Shown here in pieces: positions 29,791-39,953 of a stretch of DNA of 64,000 nucleotides. The notes under the pieces are model-generated. The model ran no database searches. It was not told the DNA's origin and saw nothing but the letters and a program-made list of their open reading frames with translations. Made by a program: the position numbers and the translations under genes. This stretch comes from an uncultured Gammaproteobacteria bacterium (GTDB lineage Bacteria; Patescibacteriota; Microgenomatia; UBA10105; UBA927), in NCBI GenBank assembly GCA_964515005.1, contig CAZEVT010000003.1, positions 12,815-76,814 of the forward strand, given 5' to 3'. How positions within the stretch are numbered: position 1 is the first letter of the stretch; each line of letters begins with the position of its first letter.

Positions 29791-31700
29791 AATCTTACTT
29801 CACAAGAAATAAATTTTCTTTTCTTGCACTAATAGTTGCTATTATATTTTTTATCATTCCCTTTTTTTGGCTGAAGCCCGGATTTGTGGATCTGGGAGGG
29901 GACGCCGGGAGATTATATTTTCTTGATCCTCTCGCTGTTGCGCGGAATTTGTATTCGTATAGTAATTTAGCCTGGGCAACCTCTCACGCCATCATTCCTT
30001 ATGAATTATTTTTGGCTTTTTTGCATAGATTCATTACATCTCCGACAAACATGATTGTTTTGGAACATGGTGTGCAGCTGTCACTGGCGTTTCTTTTTAT
30101 GTTTCTCGTTATACGAGATATACTCTCACTATCGTCGCGACGGTCAGATGTACGTGTAGGATGGGTGAGCATTGCCGGTGGTCTTGTGTACGTTGGATTC
30201 GTTACGAGCATGGGCTGGGCTACATCGCTGCCGAGCCTCAATCAAGTATTTCTCAATCCGCTTCTTTTTTATCTGCTTTTGCGATATTGTCTGAACCGCT
30301 CGTTTTGGTATATGCCGACCATTCTTCTTCTCACTCTCTTATATTCCATAAACTTCGGGTTTTCATCGATGCCCCAGATTATGTCCTTCTATCCGTTGGT
30401 CATAGGGTTTCTTTTGATCGTACTTTCGCGTCTGTTTGGGCGGTCAATTCCATGGCGCGGCTTACTCACCCTGGGATTGCTTTTTGTAGGACTCCATTCT
30501 TTTCATATCATACCAACTATAGCATCCATAGTGGACACAAGTACGACGACGCATTCTTATGTTCTTAGTGATCAGTCGATACAGTATTCGGGTGTACATT
30601 ATTTCGCCGTTAACCATGAGGCACTTGGAAAAATTAGCACAGAATTGTTTGCGCCGTCCAAGGGGAGCCAGAATTTGCTCATTCTCTTGATTCCTATAAT
30701 TATTCTTCTGGGATTCATGGGACGCCCGTCAAAACTCCTAGCGGTAGTCGGGATATTTTTTGCAGTGACCTTTTTCCTCGTTTCCGCAAATATTACGAAG
30801 CTCGGAGTCGAATTGTATCAAAAACTGTTTTATATTCCCGGATTTATGATGTTTCGGTCGTTTAACGAAAAGTGGTATCCGGTTTTCGCGTTCTTCTACG
30901 TACTGCTTTTTGCATTTTCATTCTATTCGCTTGTCAAAAACAAAAAACCATGGATCGTTGTTGCGTTGTCCTTAATACTCATCGGGTCAACCATATATCG
31001 CATCATTCCTTTCTTACAGGGGAAAGCAATCGATGTTCCGCACTATCAATCTAAAAACGTGTCGACGGTATTTTCGATGGATCCGGACTTGATGGATACG
31101 GTTTCATTTGTACGCATACTGCCGGAAGGAAAAGTTTTGACCTTACCTCTCACTTTTCCATATTATCAGATTGCCTACGGTAAAGAGGGTGGAGCGTATG
31201 TGGGCGTCTCCATGATTATAAATTTGGCAGGCAGAGAGGATTTTACGGGATTTTGGCGTTTTGGTGAGTACGCACAGGGCATGTTTGACGCCATTCATGA
31301 CGAGGACGTGAACCGTATTCTACAGATTCTTTCCAGCCTTAAAGTGCGTTACGTTTTTTATAATTCAGACTCCCGCATCATGGATAATTTTCCAGATTAC
31401 CCGTATATATACCCGGGTCTCATGTACTCATCGAAAGATCAGTTGCCGGCCATTCGTGATCAGGCTGCATATAAATCGTTTTTGGCAAAATTACCGCTAA
31501 AAAAGATATATGAAAAAGGATTTTATTCACTGTACGAAATTGGCTATGCTCATCCGCCTGTATATACGTCGAATTTTGAGACACCAGCACGAGAAAATCA
31601 ATATTTTTTTATCGGACGCCTCCTCAGCGTAGCAACACTCGTTATATTCGGTTTGCTTATTTTTCGAGAGCTGGTTCGGAGGCGCAATGAAAAGAACTAA
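29787..31700 (+). CDS. Multi-pass GT-C-like protein (AftD/DUF3367-like)
   Basis: GGD motif in the first loop; IPGFMMFRS..KW; ~13 TM plus an extracytoplasmic domain. Confidence 0.6.
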   Translation: MKSYFTRNKFSFLALIVAIIFFIIPFFWLKPGFVDLGGDAGRLYFLDPLAVARNLYSYSNLAWATSHAIIPYELFLAFLHRFITSPTNMIVLEHGVQLSLAFLFMFLVIRDILSLSSRRSDVRVGWVSIAGGLVYVGFVTSMGWATSLPSLNQVFLNPLLFYLLLRYCLNRSFWYMPTILLLTLLYSINFGFSSMPQIMSFYPLVIGFLLIVLSRLFGRSIPWRGLLTLGLLFVGLHSFHIIPTIASIVDTSTTTHSYVLSDQSIQYSGVHYFAVNHEALGKISTELFAPSKGSQNLLILLIPIIILLGFMGRPSKLLAVVGIFFAVTFFLVSANITKLGVELYQKLFYIPGFMMFRSFNEKWYPVFAFFYVLLFAFSFYSLVKNKKPWIVVALSLILIGSTIYRIIPFLQGKAIDVPHYQSKNVSTVFSMDPDLMDTVSFVRILPEGKVLTLPLTFPYYQIAYGKEGGAYVGVSMIINLAGREDFTGFWRFGEYAQGMFDAIHDEDVNRILQILSSLKVRYVFYNSDSRIMDNFPDYPYIYPGLMYSSKDQLPAIRDQAAYKSFLAKLPLKKIYEKGFYSLYEIGYAHPPVYTSNFETPARENQYFFIGRLLSVATLVIFGLLIFRELVRRRNEKN

Positions 31701-32019
31701 AGCACTAACAACCATTTCACTTTTTCTAATTCCGCTTATAATCGGTGTTGTGTTTGTGGACCTCTCGGGGACATTTTCGTATAGCGATCTTCCTTTTGCG
31801 ATAGCATTTTTGCTATATATTACGTTTGTATTCCTTCAGCGCGCAAAAAGCAGAACTGCCTTTATTATGAGTCTGTTTTTTCTTGCATGGATGGGGCTTT
31901 CGTACGTTCCGACCGGCGCGAGCGTATTGACGGAGCGGATAGGGGAATGGTTTTACTTGTTTTTCGTATTCGGACTTATACAGTACAATAAGGAAGTTTG
32001 GCATATTCCAACGCCATGA
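31687..32019 (+). CDS. Small 4-TM membrane protein, unknown function
   Basis: 110 aa, hydrophobic, overlaps both neighbours. Confidence 0.65.
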   Translation: MKRTKALTTISLFLIPLIIGVVFVDLSGTFSYSDLPFAIAFLLYITFVFLQRAKSRTAFIMSLFFLAWMGLSYVPTGASVLTERIGEWFYLFFVFGLIQYNKEVWHIPTP

Positions 32020-32687
32020 ATCGACAACAATCATTTTACGATAAGATTCCAGAATATGTTGAATTACAGGGCTATAACCCTGATAAAATCCGATTTATTC
32101 TCGATTCCGTTGACACAGGACTACGCATCTTGGATGTAGGATGCAACAACGGATTTATTGGGTCCATGCTTTTGAGAAAAAAGAATGACGTATACGGAAT
32201 TGACATAGCAGAACATAAAATACGCAGAGCGAAGAAGCGCGGGGTAAAAGCCATTGTAATTGATGTAGAAAATGAAAGCTTCCCGTTCAGATCAAATTAT
32301 TTTGACATTGTGCTGCTTACGGATGTTATAGAACATGTATTTGACACGGATTTGCTGTTACAAAAAATTTACAAGGTGCTTAAACCGGGAGGAACCCTCC
32401 TTATTACGACCCCCAATGTTGCATCGCTCGGCAGACGACTGATGCTTCTGTTCGGAATAAATCCGTTTTTGGAATATTCGACTCGCTACATCGACTATGT
32501 GCCTCGTCCGGTCGGCCATATAAGATATTACACGCATTCTGACCTTCGTCGTCAGCTGGAGCGCAATAATTACCGAAGCGTCATCACCAAAGGCGATCGT
32601 GTTAACTTTATTCTATTTTCGAATATATTTGCAGCGTTTTTGTTTCCGTCGTTGTCAGTCGATATACTTTGCCGAGCCACGAAATAA
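32016..32687 (+). CDS. Class I SAM-dependent methyltransferase
   Basis: ILDVGCNNG, DVIEHV.D, LKPGG.LLITTPN, GHIRYYT; ATG 32016 overlaps the upstream stop. Confidence 0.88.
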   Translation: MNRQQSFYDKIPEYVELQGYNPDKIRFILDSVDTGLRILDVGCNNGFIGSMLLRKKNDVYGIDIAEHKIRRAKKRGVKAIVIDVENESFPFRSNYFDIVLLTDVIEHVFDTDLLLQKIYKVLKPGGTLLITTPNVASLGRRLMLLFGINPFLEYSTRYIDYVPRPVGHIRYYTHSDLRRQLERNNYRSVITKGDRVNFILFSNIFAAFLFPSLSVDILCRATK

Positions 32688-32691
32688 TTCT

Positions 32692-33612
32692 ATGCATTGT
32701 ATTGTTTGCGGTTACACCGCCTGGACATACGTATTTGCCGCACAAGATCGGATGTTCGGATTACCCGGGCAGTTCCGTGAGTACCGGTGCACTCACTGTG
32801 GATTGATGCGTTTATACCCGAAACCATCAAAGGAACAGTTAAAAAAATATTATCCATCCGCGTCGTACTACTCGTACAGGAAGACACGAAATTATAATTT
32901 TTTCAGGAGCCTGCGATCGTATCTCATATCTCATTTATACCGACCTTCCGTATGGTCTGTCATTATCGAGATATTTGTGACAGTTCCCGCGATGCCCCGC
33001 ATACGCCGCGGTCGCATACTTGATGTCGGATGCGGGAGTGGGGAGACCATGTCACTCCTTCAATCGGTAGGATGGGATGTGTATGGACTGGATATTGATA
33101 AGAACGCCATTGGCGTTGCGCGAACACAGGGGTTGCAGCATGCGTCCGTCGGTTCTCATGAAGATATAGGGAAATACCCGGATCATTTTTTCGATGTCAT
33201 ACGCATGTATCACGTTATTGAACATTTATCCGATCCTTTGCTCTGTCTTCGACTTGCACGTAGAAAGCTTAAGTCAGGCGGAGAGATAATTGTCGGTACA
33301 CCAAACGAAGCGAGCTTTGTTGCGAGAGTCGCCAGACAATATTGGTATAATTTGGATTGCCCGAGGCATCTCTATTTGTTCACCCCACAAACGCTCGGCC
33401 TGCTGTTGAAAAAAGCCAAGTTTACGAGTCTTCAGATGAATTTTTGTTCAGCTGGAGGGGTCGTGGGGAGCATGCAATACGTATGTAACGAAATATTCTC
33501 TAAAGATATTAATTTAATAAATCGATTGTGGGTCGTTTTATTGGTTTACCCGTTTGAGTGGTTCCTCGATCGATTGGAGCTTGGTGACGTCTTTGTGACA
33601 TATGCGAAGTAA
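32692..33612 (+). CDS. Class I SAM methyltransferase with zinc ribbon (paralog of 25692-26681)
   Basis: CIVCG...CTHCG; ILDVGCGSG; HVIEHL.DP; PRHLYLF. Confidence 0.88.
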   Translation: MHCIVCGYTAWTYVFAAQDRMFGLPGQFREYRCTHCGLMRLYPKPSKEQLKKYYPSASYYSYRKTRNYNFFRSLRSYLISHLYRPSVWSVIIEIFVTVPAMPRIRRGRILDVGCGSGETMSLLQSVGWDVYGLDIDKNAIGVARTQGLQHASVGSHEDIGKYPDHFFDVIRMYHVIEHLSDPLLCLRLARRKLKSGGEIIVGTPNEASFVARVARQYWYNLDCPRHLYLFTPQTLGLLLKKAKFTSLQMNFCSAGGVVGSMQYVCNEIFSKDINLINRLWVVLLVYPFEWFLDRLELGDVFVTYAK

Positions 33613-36571
33613 TATGTGGAAAAAATTCATCGCGTTTTTGTACCGTAACTTTGAATACGCTTTTGTCATCATTCTTGCATTCCCACCGCTCCTTTGGTTT
33701 CGCGACGGGTATGTACTCTTAGGTCACGATGCCGGGTTCCGACTCGATTATCTCTCTCAGCTTCCCAATGTATTCTATTCTTGGAATTCTACATATAACT
33801 TCGGAATTGACTGGAGCATGTTTAAGGGATTTCTCGTAACTCAATTTCCGGAAGTTACGTTTTCCGTTCTGACAGGTTCATTTGCCGTAGGAGAAAAACT
33901 GTCTCTCATTTTCTGGTTTGCGCTTATGGGCATAGGGATGTTGACCCTGCTTCGGAGTGTATTTCCGGCACCAACATACAGATTATTTAGATTATTTTCA
34001 AGCACCTTTTACATGTATAACTTTTTTATCCTGAGCGGTTGGACTATTGGCGAACGAGCGAAATTCTCCCTCTGGGCTGCGTTGCCGATTGGACTGCTTT
34101 TGATATACAACGTATTTGTCCGCAATCATTCCGTTATCCGAAACGGAATATGTTTCGGGTTGCTGTACTTTTTCCTTAACGGCGGAGGTGTTCTGCCGTT
34201 GTATGGCGGCACCGTCGTCGTTTTGGGTCTGGCATTTGTCTACTTCACGATACTGAGATTTAGAAAAGACGGATGGAGTGCGGTATGGTTTTGTAGCAAG
34301 GTGATATCGGCTTTTGTACTTCCGTTTGTCTTGTTGAACGCCTATTATATAGTTCCAAATGTTGGACTGCTAAAAACTAGCTACGGTTCTTCTGTTGCGG
34401 CTCAAGGGGGTATAGACGGACTTATCGCATGGGAGCGGGGTATTAGCCAAAATGCGTCGTTTTTTAACGTCATTCGGCTTCAGGGGTTACCTGATTGGTC
34501 GCCAGGCGCCGCGCAGCAGTATATCCATGCTTTTCTTACTAATCCATTTTTGATTATTTTCAGTTTTATTCCCATTGTTTCTATTATTCTGGGGTTTGCA
34601 TGGATACGGTTTGCCAACAGCACAAAAGAACAGCGGTTATTGGTAATATTCCTCATTCTCCTTCTCCCGTTTGGTCTGGTGTTAACAATGGGAACGCATC
34701 CACCGACCGGAATTCTGTACGAATTTGCCATGAAAAAGATTCCAGGGTTTGTGATGCTGCGTTCCAGTTTTTATAAGTTTGCGCCGGCTTTTTGGTTTCC
34801 TATGATTGTACTTTCCGGCTATTTTTTGAATCAACTTTTACTTCGAGTAAAGAAAAGCCCAAAGGTATATCAGATTATAGGCATATGCGCAATCATTGGT
34901 CTTTTGGCCTATCATTATCCGTTTTTTACCACAGACGCATTTACACTATCCGATAATTTTTCTACCCGCGTACGAATTCCGTCATATCTGGCTGACATTA
35001 CCACTCAAGTGAAGAGTCACGTGGAGGAAAGCAGCGCGATTCTTGTCGTGCCCAAAATGGAAATGTATTTTCCTGACTTACCGGTGGATACGTATACTTG
35101 GGGCTATTTCAGCCTGGATATTTTACCCCGTAATGCAATCAACAGACGGTTTATTGCGAATGATGGGCACAACCCGATAGTTCAAAGTCTTTATAACGCG
35201 CTCTATGCAGGCGATGCAGAAGCGACAACATACCTTGCGGGAGTTCTTCGCATCGATTACATTCTTTGGCGTGGGGACGCGAGACTGAGCGTGCAAACAC
35301 AGCTATATGATTCTCCTGATATAGCCAAGACTTTACTCGATACGAATCCGGATTTTAAGCGTATATTTGAAACCGAGTCATGGAGTTTATATAAAATTAT
35401 TCGGCAAGAAGTCGAGCAAAAAATATATGCTACCACATCGGTCGCCGCGTATCGGGGATCGGACGAGGCCGCCGGATTTCTCATACAGGATAAAGAGGTT
35501 CGTGATACGCTCACATTGGCAAAAATTCAGGATACCAGTCAACTTCAGAACATGCCGTATCAACGTCTGTTCTTTGAGGCAGAATGCAGTATGTGTGTGA
35601 AAAACGAATTTCAGAGTCTTGTCGACTCAATTGCTCTACCCAATAAACGTCTGACTCCGGCGTCTCCACTGTTTATGTTTGAAACATGGCGACAAAGCCA
35701 GCTTACGAAGCGCGTAGCTAACCTACCAAACGAACGCATAGACGCAGATCTCGCATTAGCGCAAAACTTTCTCTCTTATGTGAACGCGTTGAACAGACCA
35801 GAGTATTTTGTGCAGTACCTATCATACATGAATGATGCGATGGGTACCTGGGATGGATTCAAGGGGAGAGATAGGAATACGTATGCGATTCGATTACTCG
35901 CGTATATAGAGTCCCATGTGCATGCGCTCGCATCTCTCCAGGGGATGTCCGGTGCCGATGCTGTTTCTCAACGACTTGATGAAATGACGAAGAATTTGCA
36001 GAGGAACGTCTGGATGTCCGAAGGCAGTACATACAGATACATGATTTTGCTTGATGAAGAAGGCACGTATGAGTTGGAAATGAATACAAATCCGTCTGAC
36101 GTTGTGCACATATCACTAGATGGGGTAACACATCAATTAGGTTCACCTGCACGTTTGACATCCGGTTTGCATACAATAGAGGTATCCTTGGTTGACGAGC
36201 ATGTTTGGCGGCCGTATGTGTTTTTGAAAAAATCTATCCAACGCGATTTCGGTAGTCCTCCGCACATTACCTTTACAAAATTGAATCCGACCAAATATAT
36301 CGCGCATGTGAATAACAGTTCGGATCGCCAATTTTTGTTAGTGTTTAAGGAGCAGTATGATCCCCGGTGGACGACATCCATCACGGGTGCGACACACGTC
36401 ATGGTCGATGGATTTGCGAATGGGTGGATTATCAATACACCGGGAGTATACGATGTTGAAGTGTACTATATGCCGCAGGGTTATTTTTATATTGGTCTTG
36501 TTATTACTGGAGGCACGATACTTATTATCGGAATAGCGTATGGTATGTCTATAATGAAGCGTAGAAAATAG
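33602..36571 (+). CDS. Large GT-C-like membrane protein (AftD/DUF3367-like) with a big extracytoplasmic region
   Basis: LGHD in the first loop; IPGFVMLRS..KF; C-terminal NPTKY...E.YDPRW...VDGFANGW followed by a TM anchor. Confidence 0.65.
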   Translation: MRSNMWKKFIAFLYRNFEYAFVIILAFPPLLWFRDGYVLLGHDAGFRLDYLSQLPNVFYSWNSTYNFGIDWSMFKGFLVTQFPEVTFSVLTGSFAVGEKLSLIFWFALMGIGMLTLLRSVFPAPTYRLFRLFSSTFYMYNFFILSGWTIGERAKFSLWAALPIGLLLIYNVFVRNHSVIRNGICFGLLYFFLNGGGVLPLYGGTVVVLGLAFVYFTILRFRKDGWSAVWFCSKVISAFVLPFVLLNAYYIVPNVGLLKTSYGSSVAAQGGIDGLIAWERGISQNASFFNVIRLQGLPDWSPGAAQQYIHAFLTNPFLIIFSFIPIVSIILGFAWIRFANSTKEQRLLVIFLILLLPFGLVLTMGTHPPTGILYEFAMKKIPGFVMLRSSFYKFAPAFWFPMIVLSGYFLNQLLLRVKKSPKVYQIIGICAIIGLLAYHYPFFTTDAFTLSDNFSTRVRIPSYLADITTQVKSHVEESSAILVVPKMEMYFPDLPVDTYTWGYFSLDILPRNAINRRFIANDGHNPIVQSLYNALYAGDAEATTYLAGVLRIDYILWRGDARLSVQTQLYDSPDIAKTLLDTNPDFKRIFETESWSLYKIIRQEVEQKIYATTSVAAYRGSDEAAGFLIQDKEVRDTLTLAKIQDTSQLQNMPYQRLFFEAECSMCVKNEFQSLVDSIALPNKRLTPASPLFMFETWRQSQLTKRVANLPNERIDADLALAQNFLSYVNALNRPEYFVQYLSYMNDAMGTWDGFKGRDRNTYAIRLLAYIESHVHALASLQGMSGADAVSQRLDEMTKNLQRNVWMSEGSTYRYMILLDEEGTYELEMNTNPSDVVHISLDGVTHQLGSPARLTSGLHTIEVSLVDEHVWRPYVFLKKSIQRDFGSPPHITFTKLNPTKYIAHVNNSSDRQFLLVFKEQYDPRWTTSITGATHVMVDGFANGWIINTPGVYDVEVYYMPQGYFYIGLVITGGTILIIGIAYGMSIMKRRK

Positions 36572-36580
36572 TATAACAAT

Positions 36581-38092
36581 ATGTTTCTTTGGTATTTTGC
36601 TTCAGGCGATTTGGAGTTTTTTTGGAAAGAACAGTTGCAGGTTCTTTCATGGTTGCCTCAAGTGTTTCGTGAAGACATCGGATTTGGATTTAATATGCTT
36701 CTGAGCCTGTGGCTCGACTACCCGTTCCGAATTGTATTGAAGATACTATCCGGCATGGGTTTATCCTGGTTTATTATAGAAAAATTATTGTGGCTGTCGG
36801 TTTTATTACTCGCTGTCTATTCATCCTATCTATTGGCGTCACGTATATTGGGGAAAAACGTGTTTACGTATTTGGCGCCCGTCATCTATGCCACAAACAG
36901 TTACTTCTTGCTTCTTTTCAGCGGGGGACAGTTGGGGGTTGCGTTTGCGTACGCAATCGCACCGTTTGTTCTGATGAAATTTTTGCAAGGCAAGGCTATA
37001 GCAAATGGTCTGTGGCTCGCGCTTTTGGTTGTATTCGATCTTCGTATTGCATATTTGGTTGTTGGCGCAATTGTGTTATATCTGATACTTGAGAAGAAAT
37101 TTAGCTCGTTTTATTCTTTAGGAATTTCCCTCGCGGTTGCGGCGAGTGTACATCTGTATTGGATTTTACCCACAGTGTTGGCCAGTCGCGGAACTGCAGG
37201 TTTAGGAGAGCAATTTACCAACCCCGGCATGCTCAAGTTTTTGAGTTTTGCGGATTTCTCACATACGCTCGCGCTTCTCCATCCCAACTGGCCGGAGAAT
37301 TTGTTTGGAAAGGTGTATTTCTTGCAGCCGGAGTTTTTACTCTTGCCAATCATTGCATTTTCCGCGCTTTTATTTCGTGAACAAAAAATTCGTTTCTTTG
37401 CGCTACTGGCCCTAGTGGGAGCATTTTTTTCGAAAGGAGTTCAAGAACCCCTCGGGGGGATTTTCCAGTGGATGTTTACGTATATCCCTGGGTTTGTCAT
37501 GTTCCGAGATCCTACGAAATTCTATGTATTGACTGCAATCGGGTACTCTGTACTTATTCCGTTTGCTCTAAAACGAATGAACAAAATGATACTCTATATA
37601 TGTTTTATTCTTTTTTGGATTTTTACCGTGCGAGCTATCAATGTACGGCCGGTCCAACTTCCGCAGGAATATGTGCAGTTAAAAAATCTTCTTGTTTCGG
37701 ATGCCGTGCCGTCGCGGACGTTATGGATTCCGCAAAAAGAAAACTTCGCTTATTTTTCGGACATTCACCCGATTTTGATATCAACAGCAACTGCATCCAT
37801 AGATTCGAGCGTAAAATATGTTATTGTACCGACCGACGTGAATAAACGCATTTTTTTGAATGATTACAAATTTGATCTGTCAGTTCGAACAAAGCTGATT
37901 GATGAGCTAGGATTAACTTTAAACAGAAATCCGTCCTTTCGTGATCTTGCTGTATTTGAAAATCCAGATTTTACACAGATGCAGAGCACGGTGCCAGCGA
38001 TTGCAGTCAAGCAGCAACGATTGGCAAACGTGGGGCTCTTAGCCAGCATTGTTTCACTCGTTGGCTGGATAATCGCACGAAAAGTATTATGA
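36581..38092 (+). CDS. GT-C-like membrane protein (AftD/DUF3367-like)
   Basis: SGD, YWILP, IPGFVMFRDPTKF, RTLWIP; multi-TM. Confidence 0.6.
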   Translation: MFLWYFASGDLEFFWKEQLQVLSWLPQVFREDIGFGFNMLLSLWLDYPFRIVLKILSGMGLSWFIIEKLLWLSVLLLAVYSSYLLASRILGKNVFTYLAPVIYATNSYFLLLFSGGQLGVAFAYAIAPFVLMKFLQGKAIANGLWLALLVVFDLRIAYLVVGAIVLYLILEKKFSSFYSLGISLAVAASVHLYWILPTVLASRGTAGLGEQFTNPGMLKFLSFADFSHTLALLHPNWPENLFGKVYFLQPEFLLLPIIAFSALLFREQKIRFFALLALVGAFFSKGVQEPLGGIFQWMFTYIPGFVMFRDPTKFYVLTAIGYSVLIPFALKRMNKMILYICFILFWIFTVRAINVRPVQLPQEYVQLKNLLVSDAVPSRTLWIPQKENFAYFSDIHPILISTATASIDSSVKYVIVPTDVNKRIFLNDYKFDLSVRTKLIDELGLTLNRNPSFRDLAVFENPDFTQMQSTVPAIAVKQQRLANVGLLASIVSLVGWIIARKVL

Positions 38093-39936
38093 TACTTATT
38101 CTTATTTTTTATTTATTCTCAACGTTTTTCCTGGGCTGGACCATAGTCAAAAAGTGGTTTGGAGGCTTGCCGACACTTCTGTCAATTGTGGGCGCTTTTT
38201 TGCTGGGAACGGGGATAGGAGTACCGATTACCTATTTCCTGGCAGTTCTTTTTTCTAAAACTAGTGCGCCGATATTGTGGGGTACGATCACGGCTAGTGC
38301 AGCGGCAATTGTCATCAGATATCAGTTATCTCATCCAAAGGCTGATCGTCCTCTGGACGATGTTATCAACAAGAATAATAAAATATCTTTGAGCGAAATA
38401 GCTCTTATCGTATTCTCCATGGTTTTCAGCACGTGGCTTATGACCAAGACGTTTCACGGGAATACGGCAGGAGAGCTATTTGTGGGAAGTAATAATATTT
38501 TTGATTTTGGATTTATGGTTGGGCTCGTCCGGTCGATATCGTGGGGGTCAAATATTCCGATACAGGAACCGTTTTTTGCAGGGTTCCCGCTTTTTTACCA
38601 TTTTTTCTTCGCCTTTTGGGTCGCTCTATGGGAATATTTTGGCGTTCCCATAGTCTGGGCGATGAATATCCCGAGCATACTTTCGTTTACTGCGATGCTT
38701 GTCGTTATATATTATTTGCCTCAAATTATCGCAAAGCAAAAACCCCTGGTTGGATGGATTGCGGTTCTTTTGACCATCACCAATAGTTCACTCACATTTT
38801 GGAAGATTGTAGGCAAACAGGATATCTGGCATCTGTCGACCTATCCATTTGCCGGACCGTTTGACGGATCTACGATTTCCATTTTTGTGACGCTCAATAG
38901 CTACGTGAACCAGCGTCATTTGGCGTTTGCTATCGCATATACGTTGTTTTTATTTCTTGTCTTTATCGTCTGGTTACAGCAAAAGAAAATTTCTCTATCC
39001 CATTCAGTAAAGCTCGGTGTGCTTACTGGTGTTTTATTTTTGTGGAATACCGTGGTGTTTCTTTTGGCCGTCGGAATATTCGGGTTCGTATTTGTTATGC
39101 AAAAGCGATGGAAGTCGGTGATTGTCTTTGGGATGACTGCAGCAACTGTCGCAATTATCGTCTTAGCGCCACAGGCAACGTTGCTATACAAAGTCTTACC
39201 ATTCTTGGGTTATCTGACAGAATCGCAGCGAAGTCTTTTCATACCCACGTGGAATATAGCGGAATACCTTTGGGAAAATTTGAGCATTCTCCCTGTCGTT
39301 GCTGTGTTGGGTTATATTGCTCTGACGAAAAAGACAAGACAATTTCTGCTGCCCTTTATTATTTTCTTTGTGGGCGCATGCATGCTTGCGACGGTCGGAA
39401 AGCGCGGATTTGATCAAAAGCTTCTATCATTTTTTATCATCGGTATCAATGTACTCGCCGCGGTTGGGCTGATGTGGTTGTGGGAGAGGCGCACCGTATT
39501 TTTTCGGGCATGTGCGATTGGTTTGTGCGTTATGCTGACCGTTTCGGGAGTCATAGATCTCTTTCCGATAAAAAACGAATTCGCATACCCTTTAATCGGG
39601 AAAGACAGCCTTCCGCTTATTTCGTGGATTCGGACGAATACAAACAAAAATTCAGTTTTTGTCTCGTATGAGGATATGATTGACCCGGTCGTGCTTGGAG
39701 GCAGAACGAATTACTATGGATTTTTCAAGAATGTCGGTCAATATGACCGTTCTGCGGATGTCAGACGTATATATGCAGGAGATGTTTCTTACGCAAAGAC
39801 GATCGGCATATCCTATATCCTCGTGCCGAAATGGCAGAAAAACGATTTTCCGTATGTGGCTGATACAGAGAATTTACGGAAACGCGTGGGAGTTGCATAC
39901 GAAGACAGCCGCTTCACCGTGTTTGCTATTGAGTAA
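38089..39936 (+). CDS. GT-C-like multi-pass membrane protein
   Basis: D...VRSISWGSNIP...P.F.G.PL.YHFF; NQRH; C-terminal WIR.NT domain. Confidence 0.65.
   Translation: MILILIFYLFSTFFLGWTIVKKWFGGLPTLLSIVGAFLLGTGIGVPITYFLAVLFSKTSAPILWGTITASAAAIVIRYQLSHPKADRPLDDVINKNNKISLSEIALIVFSMVFSTWLMTKTFHGNTAGELFVGSNNIFDFGFMVGLVRSISWGSNIPIQEPFFAGFPLFYHFFFAFWVALWEYFGVPIVWAMNIPSILSFTAMLVVIYYLPQIIAKQKPLVGWIAVLLTITNSSLTFWKIVGKQDIWHLSTYPFAGPFDGSTISIFVTLNSYVNQRHLAFAIAYTLFLFLVFIVWLQQKKISLSHSVKLGVLTGVLFLWNTVVFLLAVGIFGFVFVMQKRWKSVIVFGMTAATVAIIVLAPQATLLYKVLPFLGYLTESQRSLFIPTWNIAEYLWENLSILPVVAVLGYIALTKKTRQFLLPFIIFFVGACMLATVGKRGFDQKLLSFFIIGINVLAAVGLMWLWERRTVFFRACAIGLCVMLTVSGVIDLFPIKNEFAYPLIGKDSLPLISWIRTNTNKNSVFVSYEDMIDPVVLGGRTNYYGFFKNVGQYDRSADVRRIYAGDVSYAKTIGISYILVPKWQKNDFPYVADTENLRKRVGVAYEDSRFTVFAIE
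38331..38360 (-). repeat. 30-bp palindromic element, copy 1 (in-frame in CDS)
   Basis: Minus strand TCGTCCAGAGG-ACGATCAG-CCTTTGGATGA; 27/30 identical to 53319-53348; encodes HPKADRPLD. Confidence 0.8.
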
Positions 39937-39938
39937 TT

Positions 39939-39947
39939 TGATAGAAT
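39939..39947 (+). promoter_or_regulatory. Extended -10 promoter TGATAGAAT, 6 nt before ATG (leaderless-type)
   Basis: TGn-TAGAAT-aagatt-ATG. Confidence 0.6.
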
Positions 39948-39953
39948 AAGATT

